Assembly (NCBI RefSeq): GCF_964204645.1
Contig: NC_134025.1
Location: 10,354,001-10,418,000 of the forward strand
DNA: 64,000 nucleotides
Reading direction: 5' to 3'
DNA from: Tubulanus polymorphus
Lineage: Eukaryota; Animalia; Nemertea
The notes beneath the pieces are model-generated. The model saw only the letters and a list, made by a program, of their open reading frames with translations. It was not told where the DNA came from and made no database searches. Positions 28,201 to 40,848 of this stretch are shown in pieces (positions within the stretch are counted from its first letter, which is position 1; the number at the start of each line of letters is the position of its first letter). A program made the position numbers and the translations under genes.

Positions 28201-29453
28201 ACCCATAATTCATACTACACTCGAGGGACGCGTCGTCGTGAAACTTTTGTTCATAACTCGTTTCAGCAGGCCATGAATAACGCTCTGAATACAATTACGC
28301 CGAGAGTTGACAGTTCGGGAAATGTAGCAATTTATTTTTTCAGTTCATTTCCATTCGACTTCACGCACAGGCGACAAGGTCTACAGTACAGGAATTACAA
28401 TCCCCGCGGACATGACCAATTTGTCGCGAACGAGTAAAGTTTGAGATTTTCTGCGCAAAACACAGGCCATTCGATATTCTCAAGCTTCGGAGTAGTATTA
28501 CGTCCAAAAGAGCGTGTCTTAATTGGAAATTCGTACGAAATGATTTCGTCTCGAATAGCGCCCGGCGAATTTCGGAATCGAGGACCAATATCGTGATCAT
28601 AAAGTAAAAAATGTCCTGAAACATAGTGGGGCGCGGTATAGCAAATAAAATCGAAAATAAGTTTTTTTTTGTTAAGTTTATGAAAAGAGCAGAGTAAAAC
28701 TCTTGAATAAAAATGAAGGTCTGGAAAGACAAGAAATGTCTGTCAACTAATGGCAAGCAAGTTTGAGACGTGATTTCATATTCGTAAACATGACAAAAAA
28801 CACAGAAAGAGAGAGATGGCCGACCAAGTCACGTCATAATCTGACACGTCGAGCATGATAATTCTATTCCGCTGCTGCATGTCTTTTGCCGCCTGTTTGG
28901 TGACGAAACTGTTACTCCATTGTGTCGGAATCGGTCGTTATCGAATGACTTTCTTGCATGATTTTTCTCGTTTTCTATCATCGCGCGTGAACTTTGCTAG
29001 TGCACTCGCCGTGCCCGTTACAAAATGCGAGAAAGAAAGTGGGGGGAAAAAGTAACACGGCGCTCGCAAATCCGACAAACCAATTACCGAACTAAGCCTG
29101 CCGCAACCCGACCGACTAGGTTTTCGATCGTTTTTTTTTCCCGGTGCACAGAGTAAGTACTATGTCAAACTTAAGATAACTGCTTCGGATTGAATCTGGC
29201 CATTTAGTCATCTGGCGAAAGCATCTTTAAGACGGGTTAGTCAGAACACCTGTGTCTGACACCACCCACAGGCGAAGAAAGATGTATTTTTCATTCTATG
29301 GTGTTTGCGCGCGTTGTTTCGTCGGTACCGCGTGAATTCCGACGGACTGGCGCAGCACCGCCGTTACCTGGTCATTCATTCATTTGCTTAATTCAATTAC
29401 CGAATAATCCATCCGTGGATATCTACTGAGACATGCATCGATTGATGTAATTA

Positions 29454-29874
29454 CAGGGCGGCTACTTTTATTTGACTTGCTTCTTCCGTGACTTTTCCCT
29501 GACATGCACGTTGTTTTTTTCCTGACTTAACATACTAAGAATCCAATCAGTTAACACAGTCAAATATGTAAAACATAGATGGAAACTGGTTGATTTCCAT
29601 CAAGTCAGTGTTTTCAATAAGAGCCAGGTCCCAGGTCCCAGACCTGTCTGTTGTTTGTGAAGGACCCGCCAGTTTTTTCAAAACAGCTTTCGTTTCAGGG
29701 ACTGTGACATATTATGGGACCCTCCTGTTTTTCAAAGGGACCTGACTTGTTAATTTCTTATTGAAAACACTGCAAGTTTACCTGATTTTCAGCTTTTTAC
29801 AAAATTCCCCGACTTATCAAAGAAAAGAAAAATTACCTGACTTTTCCCCGATTTCCAGGTATGTGCCCAGCCCG
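29454..29874. mobile_element. CAGGG-terminated element, family F (TTCCCTGAC-rich), host of the family E copy
   Basis: Starts CAGGGCGGCTAC, ends CAGCCCG, AATTA on both flanks; related decayed copy at about 42909-43070. Confidence 0.65.
29606..29772. mobile_element. Family E MITE with 5-bp TSD, nested in a family F element
   Basis: Perfect TIR CAGTGTTTTCAATAAG / CTTATTGAAAACACTG; CAAGT at 29601-29605 and 29773-29777. Confidence 0.85.
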
Positions 29875-31920
29875 AATTATAACTCAGCTTAGATGAAAAT
29901 ATAGGGTACAATCTATTGCGACCGTCGCGTCATGTTAGAAATGATATAACCTTGTTACGTACTGGCACATGGTGGGGCGACTATCGTGTTGAGTATCAGA
30001 ATGAATTGCGTCGAATGCTTGTACTGATTGTTTAATTTAGCAAACGAACCCTTTTCTCGGAATGCGAAGGTAACAAACTCATTACGCTAAACTGGCCATT
30101 TCACGCTTTTTGAGCACGAGCTGGTTAGAAATCACCTTATTTATGTCCACATGACTTGACTAGTGTAACTCGCCGGCGTCGGGCTTAACAAACACCAACG
30201 CGGGGCTCGAAGGTAATCCATTTTATTAGGGTCTGCCGCGGCGAGATAGGCAAGCGTCGCTCGGCCGAGGGATTATCAGCCGTCAGACAGAGCCGCGCCG
30301 AAATTCGGTTTAAATGTGTCTCGATCGCACGACTGACGCGCGCGCTGAGACTGAAATCAGTTCGGAAAAACGACGACAACGGACCGATTTAGCGAACTCA
30401 TTTTGGTCGCCAGACATGAATCTCGTGAAGCAAGTGTCATACCTAATGATTATGATTGCTTTGCGCGGTCATGCGTGGCGCGCGCGCCCCCATACTTACA
30501 TACACCGCGTATGTACTGTACGTATGCATTGAAACATACATGACCATAAGAAATCATTACCGCCGAGGGAAAACTAAAACCGGCCGACAAGATATAGACA
30601 GACGACTACGGTCAATACCGAACACAATGAGCATACAACAGTCAACTGGACGACCAATCTAACTGGACTCAATCAGAAACAATGGACGGTTCTTGGAATG
30701 AAAGCTACCCCGAGCTATAGCGCGGTCATTTCATGCCGAAGATATTATTGATGATATAATAGGTATTTCTGCACACGGGAAGAGGTGTTTACAGATCTAT
30801 TACAATAACCCGTACCCCATCGAGGGGTTAACTTGCGTAAACTTTGAACGGGGCAAACTGCGGGAGGTCCGGTCCCTCGTTCAATCCGATCGTTAATCGA
30901 GGCACCTGGGTATTAAATTTTCGATGTCAGTAATAATTCATAAGTAGATACTAGGTTTTTTAATCGGGCGTGGATTCATTCTCAGATACCTATGAAAAGG
31001 CGAAATACGAAATATCATATGGGCGACAATCGATATAACAACAATGCAATGAAACCTTCCATTAAAGTAACATCAACACAATACGAAAAACAGAAATATC
31101 AGATGTACAATAGGAATGCATTGTGATAGCGAAGTTCCCGCTGGCTGGCTCGTCGGCACACTCAGTGACTAGTTGCCCAATGGCAAGTACTAAGGTCAGG
31201 GTCAACCGTAAATCCGGTGCCCTTACGTTAAGGCGATGCGTGCGCCAATCTCGGCGTCGTCGCGAAAACCATTTTTTCTCTCGATGAAAAACGTACCCGA
31301 TTTGAATGGGTACCTCATTACGCGGAAAATGCACTTCACTCTCGCGTGGATTTAACCGTACCTGGTGCATAATTCATGCAATGGCCTGCGCGCACTGCAA
31401 TTCTATGGCTGGTTGGCGTGCGTGCGAGTTCATTAGCGCTCGACATCTATAGACAAAGCCGAGCCCCGGAGTTGATCAATCTATTAATGCGACTTGTCTC
31501 TCTCGAATTCACTGGCGCGCTCGAAAACCGAAATAGAAAAACAGCACCAAAATAGACGATTACAGAAGTTGTATCTATAGTTAGTGTTGCTGTTGCGGTG
31601 GATGTTGTTGTTGTTGCACGCGTTCGTTCTGCGGCTTCATAAAAACCCCGAGTTCGCCGCGCAAGATTGCGTGTCAGATTCAGGGTCGGGGGAGGGGAAA
31701 TAGATAATTAGAACTACCACGATTTATCTGCGTCGATACCTTCGGCGATTTGGCAAATGAAAAAATCGCTATTTAACTCGTTGAATTGGAGTCGTATTGG
31801 AAAGCGCTGATTTTCCATAATTAGTGGTAGCAACCTCGGCAGAAAACGGAGTATATCCGCAAAAAAGTTCACCCTGAGTTAATCATTTCTTTTTTCGAAT
31901 TCTTAAGATAGATAGACCAA

Positions 31921-32052
31921 GGGCCAGTTGCACAGTCACAGAATAGACCTAAGACCAGTCTACGACCAATTTAGTTCTATAGCCGAACTAACAACTTAAG
32001 ACCAGTCTTAAGATTTCAGACCACTTTTGGAGCCATGATTGTGCGCCGGGCT
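31921..32052. mobile_element. Family D MITE
   Basis: GGGCCAGTTGCACAGTC start with the shared AAGACCAGTCTTAAGA body. Confidence 0.75.
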
Positions 32053-35000
32053 TCAGGAACCAAGGGCCTTCAGGCTAGCTGAAAAGGTTACCAATTTTCA
32101 TTGAAGGCACCAAGCCACAAATAAGCCTTGTGCCAAGAAAACCCATTTCTGGGTTAGGGTTTTACAGGCATTTCCAACCAACCACCCTCACCCCAAAATG
32201 TAACTAGGATAGCTTTCAATGGTTACCGTTTTCTAACACCTTTGATTCAATGAATATAACAAAATAATAGGTCAGGCTGCCTGAATATTACATAAACAAG
32301 TTAGTTATTCATCGTAATGGAATCCCCACCTGAATTGTCTCTACAAAACCGACATGGCAACCTCACTCATCATGTACCCAAAGACGGACTTTACACGAGT
32401 TTATGTAAAGTTAAACGATTAAAGTGTGTAGCAACATCACGGACTTTGATGTCTCAGTTGTTTGTCAAATAATGTTCATTGACTACCTATGTTGACGCAT
32501 GAAAAGTTTTCCCACGCACTTCACACAAGATATCATATAGGGTCAGATGCTTTTATCAATTCTTCTGACACTTCAGATTAGAATAAGTGTTCACATAGTT
32601 TGTAGCCACGAGCATTTTTGGCCAAATGGGTCCGTGCCTGTTTGCCCCGCCCGAAAACAAGTCAGAATCGCGATCGTGCTGAAATTCGGCTCGGGCCTGG
32701 TCCGACGTTTTTGGTCGGGCCAAATTAGATTTAATGGATATAGAAAATCGTCTTCCTGACTGGTATGAACAAACGCTCGAAATTCGATGCCGGGTAAAAT
32801 CGAGTTTTATTTGGCGGAAAAATACGCGGCGTGAAATAAAATTGCTAAAGGCTTTTTTCTACGGTTGGATCACGTGCGCGGAGGTCATACATCAGTCAGA
32901 GAAATCTCCGTTTACACTACTACATCCACCACCTCGTTATCACATAATATTTTATCATCGCGCTCAAACTCGTGCAACCACGGCTATCAGGCTATCACGG
33001 AGAAAAAGTATCTATTAAGTTCCCGAAGGGTGATAAATACTATTCAATCTGTACGAACCCGGAAGATATGATGAAATATGTTTTTGAAAAGGAAAAGTAA
33101 GCATTCCGACGTTTTTCCCTGCGGTATAACTGTTTTACACAGCAAGTGAATGGAGGGTGTTCTCAAATACGTCTTTGCAGGGGTGGATCCAGGGTCAATG
33201 GAAGGGGGATATCGACTTACAAAATTTAGGTCCCTTTTCAAAGCTATAGCCACAATTTTGTTGCTCGCATAGACATGATTTTTTAGAACTTCTTTAATGG
33301 TAAAACAGCTACGTTTTTCAGTTGTTCAATTCAATTGTTCAAAGCTTAATTTCGACTGTTCTTCTGAAAATATTCAGTCCGAAATTTTTGTGGAAGTTTC
33401 AAGGGACCTCAAAATTTCAGGGGGTTTCCAAATTCCCGCGGATACCTTCCCCATGTCCGCCAATGCTTCCGAATGGTGCAAGAGGGTATAAATTCTCAAG
33501 CAAGATGGAGCAGTGAACTAAGTCAGTCTACGCTATAGGGGCTCTGGTTTTACAAAGGTCACTTTCGACCTTTCCTATATAGCAGGATGAAGGGACATCG
33601 ATTAATTTCGCAAACGCTGACGATACCGTAACGGAAAGAACCAGCGTTATCAATAATGAATCACGTCCAAGAACGATGAGCGAGCACATTCTTATTGTGT
33701 CATTTCTTCATCTGTATATAGCATACGTAGAAGAATCGCACGTCTGCAAGCGAGTTCATGAAATTTTCAAAATATCCATTCGCGATTAATCAATCCGATC
33801 GGCGCATTCATTCTTCGTATATACCTCTCGGAATTACGCGCGCGAGAGAGGAGGGGGATATGATATCGCGAACGGCGACGAAAATCCGCGCAATCAATTC
33901 GTTCGCATGTGTCGGGATAAACGTAAACGCACTATATCAGGCGATGATCGCTACAAGAATGGAAACGGATCGCGACGAATTCACTGTCTATTAACAACAA
34001 TTATTCACACATCGCCGGCACAATACGTACCGACGACGACGATAATTCCCGGCGCCGTGGACCGTTCGCCGGTAAATGGATCAACTTCACAATCGGTCAG
34101 CCTTACGCGATTTTTCCCGAACGGCGCGCGCTTATCGCCCCGGTCCCAGAAGACGCGGCGACGTGCGAGGCGCTGTCTACACAAACCGGGTTGTTCGTAT
34201 TCGATGAGCGCGCGATCCATTCACGGATTCGAAGAATTTGCCGGTTGAAGATAATGATGGCTCTTACTGTAAACAAGAGTTAACAATATAGCCATTGATA
34301 TAGCAACAATATAGCCATCAACTCTCATTTCCTTCCCCTTTGTTTCTTCATTTCCCTTTCGTTTTTTCCCTAGGTGCTTGCGACAGCGGCCTAAAGGCTT
34401 TGCTTGGCCCACACTGAAAGCTACTGTTCTCTCTCTCTTTTTATAATTGTGCTTTTTTAAAAAAAATTGTAAATTTTATCGTTTGTTTTCTCTCAACCTG
34501 TGTACATAGCCTGTGTACATAGTCATGCTTTCTGTGAAGTAAATTTGAACTTTGAACTTTGATGTAACGCTATTTCAGTGTTGTGACGATATATAGACAA
34601 TCCCACACTGATGTAACGAGAAAGATGAAAAGTGTGAAAAGTTTCCTGTCGCCTGATAATTTATGATTCTACGTTTCAACTATAACATCAGTAATCCTGA
34701 AGATGACTGTTCGGTTATAGTGCAAACATCAAATCAATAAATCATTAGCTTTAAAGGAAGGTTTTTGGACTCCATCTTCCTTGTTACATTGGTTTGGAAT
34801 TCTCTACACATGTACATGTATATATGGTTAACAATCTCTGATCATTTCAAATTAAATGAATACATCGAATATTTTCGGGTTTTCATATACCCATTCTAAG
34901 GACAACCTCCTGTTTGTTCTTCTATGGACTTTCAACGGAATAAGACTTTGAATCTTAATCGGGCATTTTCGATATCATTAATTTTTAAATGAGATTCCCC

Positions 35001-36188
35001 CCAACAACGAATTTCTGAGAATCAATTGATGAAGAGATGATTTTCGCTTTCCGTACTATGTACGCTGCAAAGATTTTTCGCGATCATCAGTAACTCTCGA
35101 TTGTTTCAGATGACGAGCAGAAAACGGCGGCGACGGTGAGATTGTTAAATTCAACGCTACCGTCGACGACGCATCGGGGGAATTAGCGGCTTTTAAATTG
35201 CGCCGCAATCATCAGTTTACGCGCAGAAAAGTGGCACTTTCTCGTCGCGAAGGGTGCCACTCGACCGGCTAATAGTTCCCCGTCGAAGCGACCGGTTTCC
35301 TGCTTTTAATGAAATCTGCGCGAAGAAAACGCCACGAAAGGAAATCGCCGACTGACCCACCGGGGATTGAAAGGTGGAATTTGTTTAACCTCGCAAAGTC
35401 GCACGTCGTCAACACGGTCGTGCGCGCAACGTTCTTAGCCGAGGTAAACGCGCGTTTGATCGGCGTTAAACCGATTTCCATTAATAAGATAATATGATGG
35501 ATAGGTGAAAAATGACGCCCCGTATCTACGAAAGGTGTTCGGAATGAGCGTTCGTTTTTAGAAAAATTCTTAATCGACGATCATTTTTATCGCGGCACGA
35601 GTATCATCGACTGGCGTATTAATCAGTTGAGCTGCCGCGGCGTCGTCGTCAGACAGGTGTCCGATACGTTTCAGATACAAATTCGTTACAGATAAAATAG
35701 CGTATGAATGAAGGAATGAATGAATTAAAAATAATTCGTCATTCATCAGTGGTGGTGGTGGTGGCGAAGGCCGCGTCGAGTCGAGTCGGAATTCTCTTAT
35801 GAATGATGAGCATATTTCAAATGATCGGAAAGAAAAACTCATCGAATAATAAAAGTAACTCGAAATTTTATCGACGCCTTAAGGGGTTCTATGTGAGCTC
35901 TTGTGCACTATGTCATCAATATTGGCGTTTCAAAATAACGATCAATTATGAATTTTGTAATCAAATCTATTTCCTAAATCTTATTCTATTTTGATTAATT
36001 TCGATAATTATTTTTAAGAGGATTACCGCCACATCATCAATATATCGGGGTTAGACTGGTTCCCGATCAATTCAATTCAATAACTGTTATATTAAAATCC
36101 AAAATAACTTTATTGATCCTTAATATCATATAGTTTATATTATTATCTTATTCATTGTCGACAATATTAAGCGATAAATGTGTTATTT

Positions 36189-36480
36189 TTAACCCTTTCA
36201 GTGCTAATTAATACCCTATAGTGCAAGAGATAATTTGAAAATTTTGAAGAATTCCACCCAAGTGTGTTGAATAACGGGAATACCACAACAGTGCGTCTAC
36301 ACCGCGACGCAGTGTATCATTAGTTACTAATATTTCACTATGTTTGACAGGTGCTACCATTTTTCAATAGAGATAAAAACTAATTACTAATTACATCAAT
36401 ACACCGCGATGCGGTGTACTAGCAAAATCCATTACTAATTTATGCACCGCACTGCGGTGTAGACGCACTGAAAGGGTTAA
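36189..36480. mobile_element. piggyBac-type MITE, family A, copy 6
   Basis: TTAA TSDs and perfect TIRs; orientation opposite to copy 7. Confidence 0.9.
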
Positions 36481-37125
36481 AGAGCGCATACGAGAGGTAT
36501 CGATGTATGTAAACATTATTGTAACGGTTTTTACCGCATCAAACGAACATACAAGGATTGATAGATTGAAACGTAGACATTATATATTGAAAAAAAAAAA
36601 CAACAGTTTACGTATATGTAATTTGCTGTATACGTCGGCATCAATTCACAAACACGGCACCGGCTTACGGGGTTTTCTAAAAGGCGATATACATAATGCA
36701 ATGCAATTGTATCATTGAGAATGTGATTATTGACAAGCGCGCATGAATTATAGAATACGAGATCATTCTCGCAATTCAAAACGTGTATTTTTTAGTAATA
36801 TCGCGCTTAGATATCCGCATTCCATATTCGGTATCGAATCAATTAGGCTGGTTTTCCACACGAGAAGGACGTGGATGTGGAGGCGGAATTTTTCAAATCG
36901 CTTATCTCGGCGCCCACTTGTTGTCTAGGATCTACGATCTCTTTGTAAAGAATAGATAATTGTCAGCAAAGCATGGAGAGGACAGACATTTCTAGAAACC
37001 CGTGGACAGGACACACCGCAGTGGAAACCGAACATGCGCAATGATGTTTCGGCCCAACCCATGTTTCTTGTTTCTCGTAAACGTACGCAACACAGGGAAA
37101 CGCTCAAACATGTTTCTGTCTCCTG

Positions 37126-37263
37126 GGGCCGGTTGCATAGTCCTGGCTTAGACTTAAGACCAGTCTAAGACCAACTTAGATCTATAGCCAATCTAACAAC
37201 TTAAGACCAGTCTTAAGATTTAAGACCACTTTTGGACTTAAGTCACGACTGTGCAACTGGCCC
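37126..37263. mobile_element. Harbinger-type MITE, family D (CTTAAGACCAGT-rich)
   Basis: TIR GGGCCGGTTGCATAGTC / GACTGTGCAACTGGCCC with CTG TSD; related copies at about 3072-3146, 16592-16712, 31921-32052 and 43075-43206. Confidence 0.8.
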
Positions 37264-37599
37264 CTGCGTCCTATACGTCAGTGTGTGTTGGGCTTAAGTG
37301 TCTAAAGCAACCAATCACTTATCAACAAATCATATCTACAAACATTATACGCGACAAAAACAAAATATTTACATAATTCATGGGTTTTTTTGTTTACGGA
37401 CCCCAAAATATGCGATACAGATCTGACCTTCAACTTTTGACCGATTATTTTAGGATTATTTTCATTAATCGGCACCGAACTCAACCGTGCAAGCGCCGAC
37501 AAAAGAATAGCCGGTCCGGAAAATATGCAATATCTGACCTTGACCTTTTTGTCGGATTAGTTTTTCGCGAATCGACGACGACCGAAGAGACTATAATCC

Positions 37600-37675
37600 A
37601 CTTACCTGTAACGAACAGAAACAGAGAATTCGAAATTAGACACGACGAAAAAAGAGAAAACAAACAAAAGCTTAT
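37600..37675 (-). other. Candidate recursive splice site (ratchet point) RP1
   Basis: Minus strand: ttttgtttgttttctcttttttcgtcgtgTCTAATttcgaattctctgtttctgttcgttaCAG|GTAAGTgg; AG at 37607-37606, GT at 37605-37604. Confidence 0.7.
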
Positions 37676-38308
37676 TAATTCATTAACGACAACAATTACG
37701 ACGTGACTTTCTCAGAAAAACGACAAGCCCGGGTTGTCTTTCTCTCTAAATGTCGCGCATTCGTTTCGAAACGCGGCGTCGAAAATGTCAAATCTTCAAG
37801 TTTCATCGGCGTATCTTTTTTCCGCTCCGAAAGAACGTTTCAATGACTTCTGGTTCGAATCGTTAAGTTCATTATCTTTCATCGTCGTCGTCATCATCAT
37901 CCGAGATGAAGATTTCGGTTGTAACTCAAAAGATTATTATGATTTCGTATTAAAGATTTGCTAGCTGCGGTAGTTTATTATTATATTTGTAACATTTGCG
38001 AGGCGCGCCGCATGCCCGCGATACAGGGCCCGGCTGCGCTAATGACGGTTTTATGAAGGGATTTCATGAACACAACCTCGATCGACCGCGGCTAATTAAT
38101 CTCTGCTTCGACTTTATACTTGGACAAATCATCGTTCGTTCGCCGGCAGAAAATTTTCTCCACGAAAATTTCGCTGATTAATCATATTCATTTAGGCCCG
38201 ACGACGACGACGATGATGAAATGGGCGACGACGTTTTGCGATCGATTCAAGGTATAACCTGAATGAATGGCATAAGCAAAGTACCCTTTAATGGACCTCT
38301 CTTCACTC

Positions 38309-38601
38309 TAAACCCTTTCAGTGCGTCGACACCACAGTGCGGTGTATAAATCAGTGATGGACTTTGTTAGTACACCGCACTGAAGTGTATTGATGTAATT
38401 CGTAAATGTTTTCATCTCTGATGAAAGATGGCAGCACCTGTCAACACAGTTAGATATAAGTAACTAATGATACACCGCGGTGCGGTGTAGATACATCATA
38501 GCTGATGCCTGTTATTTGATGCACTGGACTGGAATTTTCAAACATTTTCAAGTTATCTCTTGCACTTAATGGTATCAATTAGTCAGCACTGGAAGGGTTA
38601 A
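38309..38601. mobile_element. piggyBac-type MITE, family A, copy 7
   Basis: TAAA/TTAA flanks, CCCTTTCAGTGC ... GCACTGGAAGGG. Confidence 0.88.
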
Positions 38602-39354
38602 TTAACAGTAGGAACTTTGCCGCGATAACCCTTAACTTTGATATTCAGTTGATCAAGCTATATATGCGTCTGTAATCTTCATACGTATTAGAATTGGGTG
38701 GAGTAGCGCGAACTTTGTTTGATTTTTGCTTTCAATTAGGCGCCACCGCCGCCGAAGATGACGAAGTAAATAACCATCTTATTACCAATATCCACAACGA
38801 ATAAACTACAATAACATGCTTTTAATTGAAATAGATGATATAATGATTAACCAGAAAATCACGGAGATCAACCACCCAATCGCGCAAAATATGAGCAAAG
38901 AACGATTTTAAAAGTGCGAAATTATTTCAGAAAAGGCATATGGCCTACGCCCTGACATCAATGGATTCAGCAGTCCCGGTGCAATGTAGTCAGATAATAC
39001 ACGAGCATTAAAAAACCCGCCCTTATATCGCGTGCACAATTTGGGATCTTTCAAAAACCCACAATGAGTATGAAATACCATATGTTCTTTTTGAGTTCTG
39101 GATTTCGTTTTTAATTCAATTGCACCTGTAGACCGAGGAGTAGTGGAAGCCGGTTAGAACTGTATTATCATCAGTTAGTAAAGCATTTGGGAATCACGAA
39201 ATTCTAACTGTTACTTTGAACTCATTAAATTGGTATCCGGTTCAGATGCCAGTGTCATAAAGTTAACATTTCATTTAAAGTTTCATTATCATAATCGTCT
39301 TGTTATACAAAATCAAATGGCGAATCTACAGATAAGTTACATCTCATTGGTATT

Positions 39355-39541
39355 AGCCGTGATCACACGGAGATGATTTGGCCCAGGCCAAATTGGCACC
39401 GATCAGGCCCGAGTCAAATTTGGCCTGTGCTTAATTAGAGAGCGCCTTCACCAGGCCAAACGGGTCTATTTTGGCACCCGTGTGAACGGTTGACCTGGGC
39501 CGAATTTAGCCCGGGCCAAAAATGCTGGCCTGATCGCATCT
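39355..39541. mobile_element. Family B MITE, internally deleted
   Basis: AGCCGTGATCACACGG ... TGATCGCATCT. Confidence 0.8.
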
Positions 39542-40231
39542 ATAGTGCGCATTGGCAAGCGAATAATTCAGCTTAGAATGCAGAATTTGAGGCTACGAAC
39601 AGAAAGATGATTCTAGCGCGAAGCATCATCATCATCAGCGTCATCATCATCATCGTTGCGTCAGATTGCAGGTATATAAGCGATGATTTATCCGCTTTGA
39701 AGGAGTATATGATCCTGTAATTCATGGCCAAATTAAAACAAATACCCGGCAATGCCGGTTTCAATGAAAGTTCCCATCGCGTCTGATGATGATTTATACC
39801 GCGTATTATAATTGGAAATAATGGCGCGAATTGAAAATTCCGATCGGTAACAATCGCGTGCGCGTTTCATCGCCGAGGGGTTATTAAAATGTGAAATAAA
39901 ATCCGATGTCGTTTTGCGCTTAACGATTTCGAAACACCCGATTTTCGAACGTTTTAAGCCGTTCATCCGACTGCGCGCAATTAAACTCAGCCTATGAATT
40001 AGCCAATTGACTGATGACAAATTGAATTTAACCATGTTTTTATATACTTGTTATGCGTTTGATAGGTAAAAACCTTTTTTCGAAAATTCATCCCTAATAT
40101 CGTATCCATCAAATTTTCCGAAGCAACATTCGGTCTAATGAGACCAGGCCGACAAAAAAAATGACTAGTTGTTTTACGTCGAACAAGTTGACTGAACACT
40201 GGCTAAAAACTTCTTGAATGGCAAAGACACT

Positions 40232-40848
40232 AGCCGCAATCATGCCGAGACGATTTGGCCTGGGCCAAATTAGCACGGATCGGGCCCAAATCAAATTTGG
40301 CCCGAGCCTTTTTAGAAACATGTAAACCACTCTCTCGATACTAATCAATGCTCAAACAAAGCGAATTGAGTCGCTTAACCCTTCCAGTGTGTCTACACCG
40401 CAGTGCGGTGTATGAATCAGTGATGGATTTTGCTAGTACACCGCACTGTGGGGTATTGATGTAATTAGTAATTCTCTCTCTTGAAAGATGGCAGCACCAG
40501 TCAAACAGTGAAATATTAGTTACTAAAGATACATCGCACCACGGTGTAGACGCACCATTGTGGTATTCCTGTTATTCAACACACTAGGGTGGAATTTCTC
40601 AAAATATTCAAATTATCTCCAGCACTATAAGGTATCAATTAGTCAGCACTGAAAGGGTTAAGGGACCAGTTACAATTTATACACACAATAATTTGACCTG
40701 TGCTAAAATTTGGCTTGGTCCTTTTCTGGCAGTTTTTGGTCGGGCCATAGATGCTAAACAATGGGCACTGGCTCATTTGGCACCCGTGCGAGCAGTTGTT
40801 CCGGGCCTAATTTGGTCTGGGGAAAAAAGTACTTGTGTTATCGCGGCT
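40232..40848. mobile_element. Family B MITE split by a family A insertion
   Basis: AGCCGCAATC ... TATCGCGGCT with ACT TSD; the two halves are collinear with intact copies. Confidence 0.85.
40375..40661. mobile_element. piggyBac-type MITE, family A, copy 8, nested in a family B copy
   Basis: TTAA TSDs; interrupts family B between GAGTCGC and GGGACCAGTT. Confidence 0.9.

Noticed and set aside
29840-29866. Plus-strand ttttccccgatttcCAG|GTATGT resembling a ratchet point
   Set aside because: Lies in the terminus of the family F transposon, on the strand opposite to the inferred gene, with no plus-strand upstream exon
30983-31020. Minus-strand tttcgccttttcaTAG|GTATCT as a third ratchet point
   Set aside because: Good acceptor but weak regenerated donor, no clear branch motif, and adjacent to a transposon-like terminus (30809-30870); kept only as a weak candidate
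148-40661. Dispersed palindromic repeats as a CRISPR-like array
   Set aside because: The repeats are ~280-bp TTAA-flanked MITEs kilobases apart in eukaryotic intronic DNA, with no repeat-spacer periodicity and no cas genes
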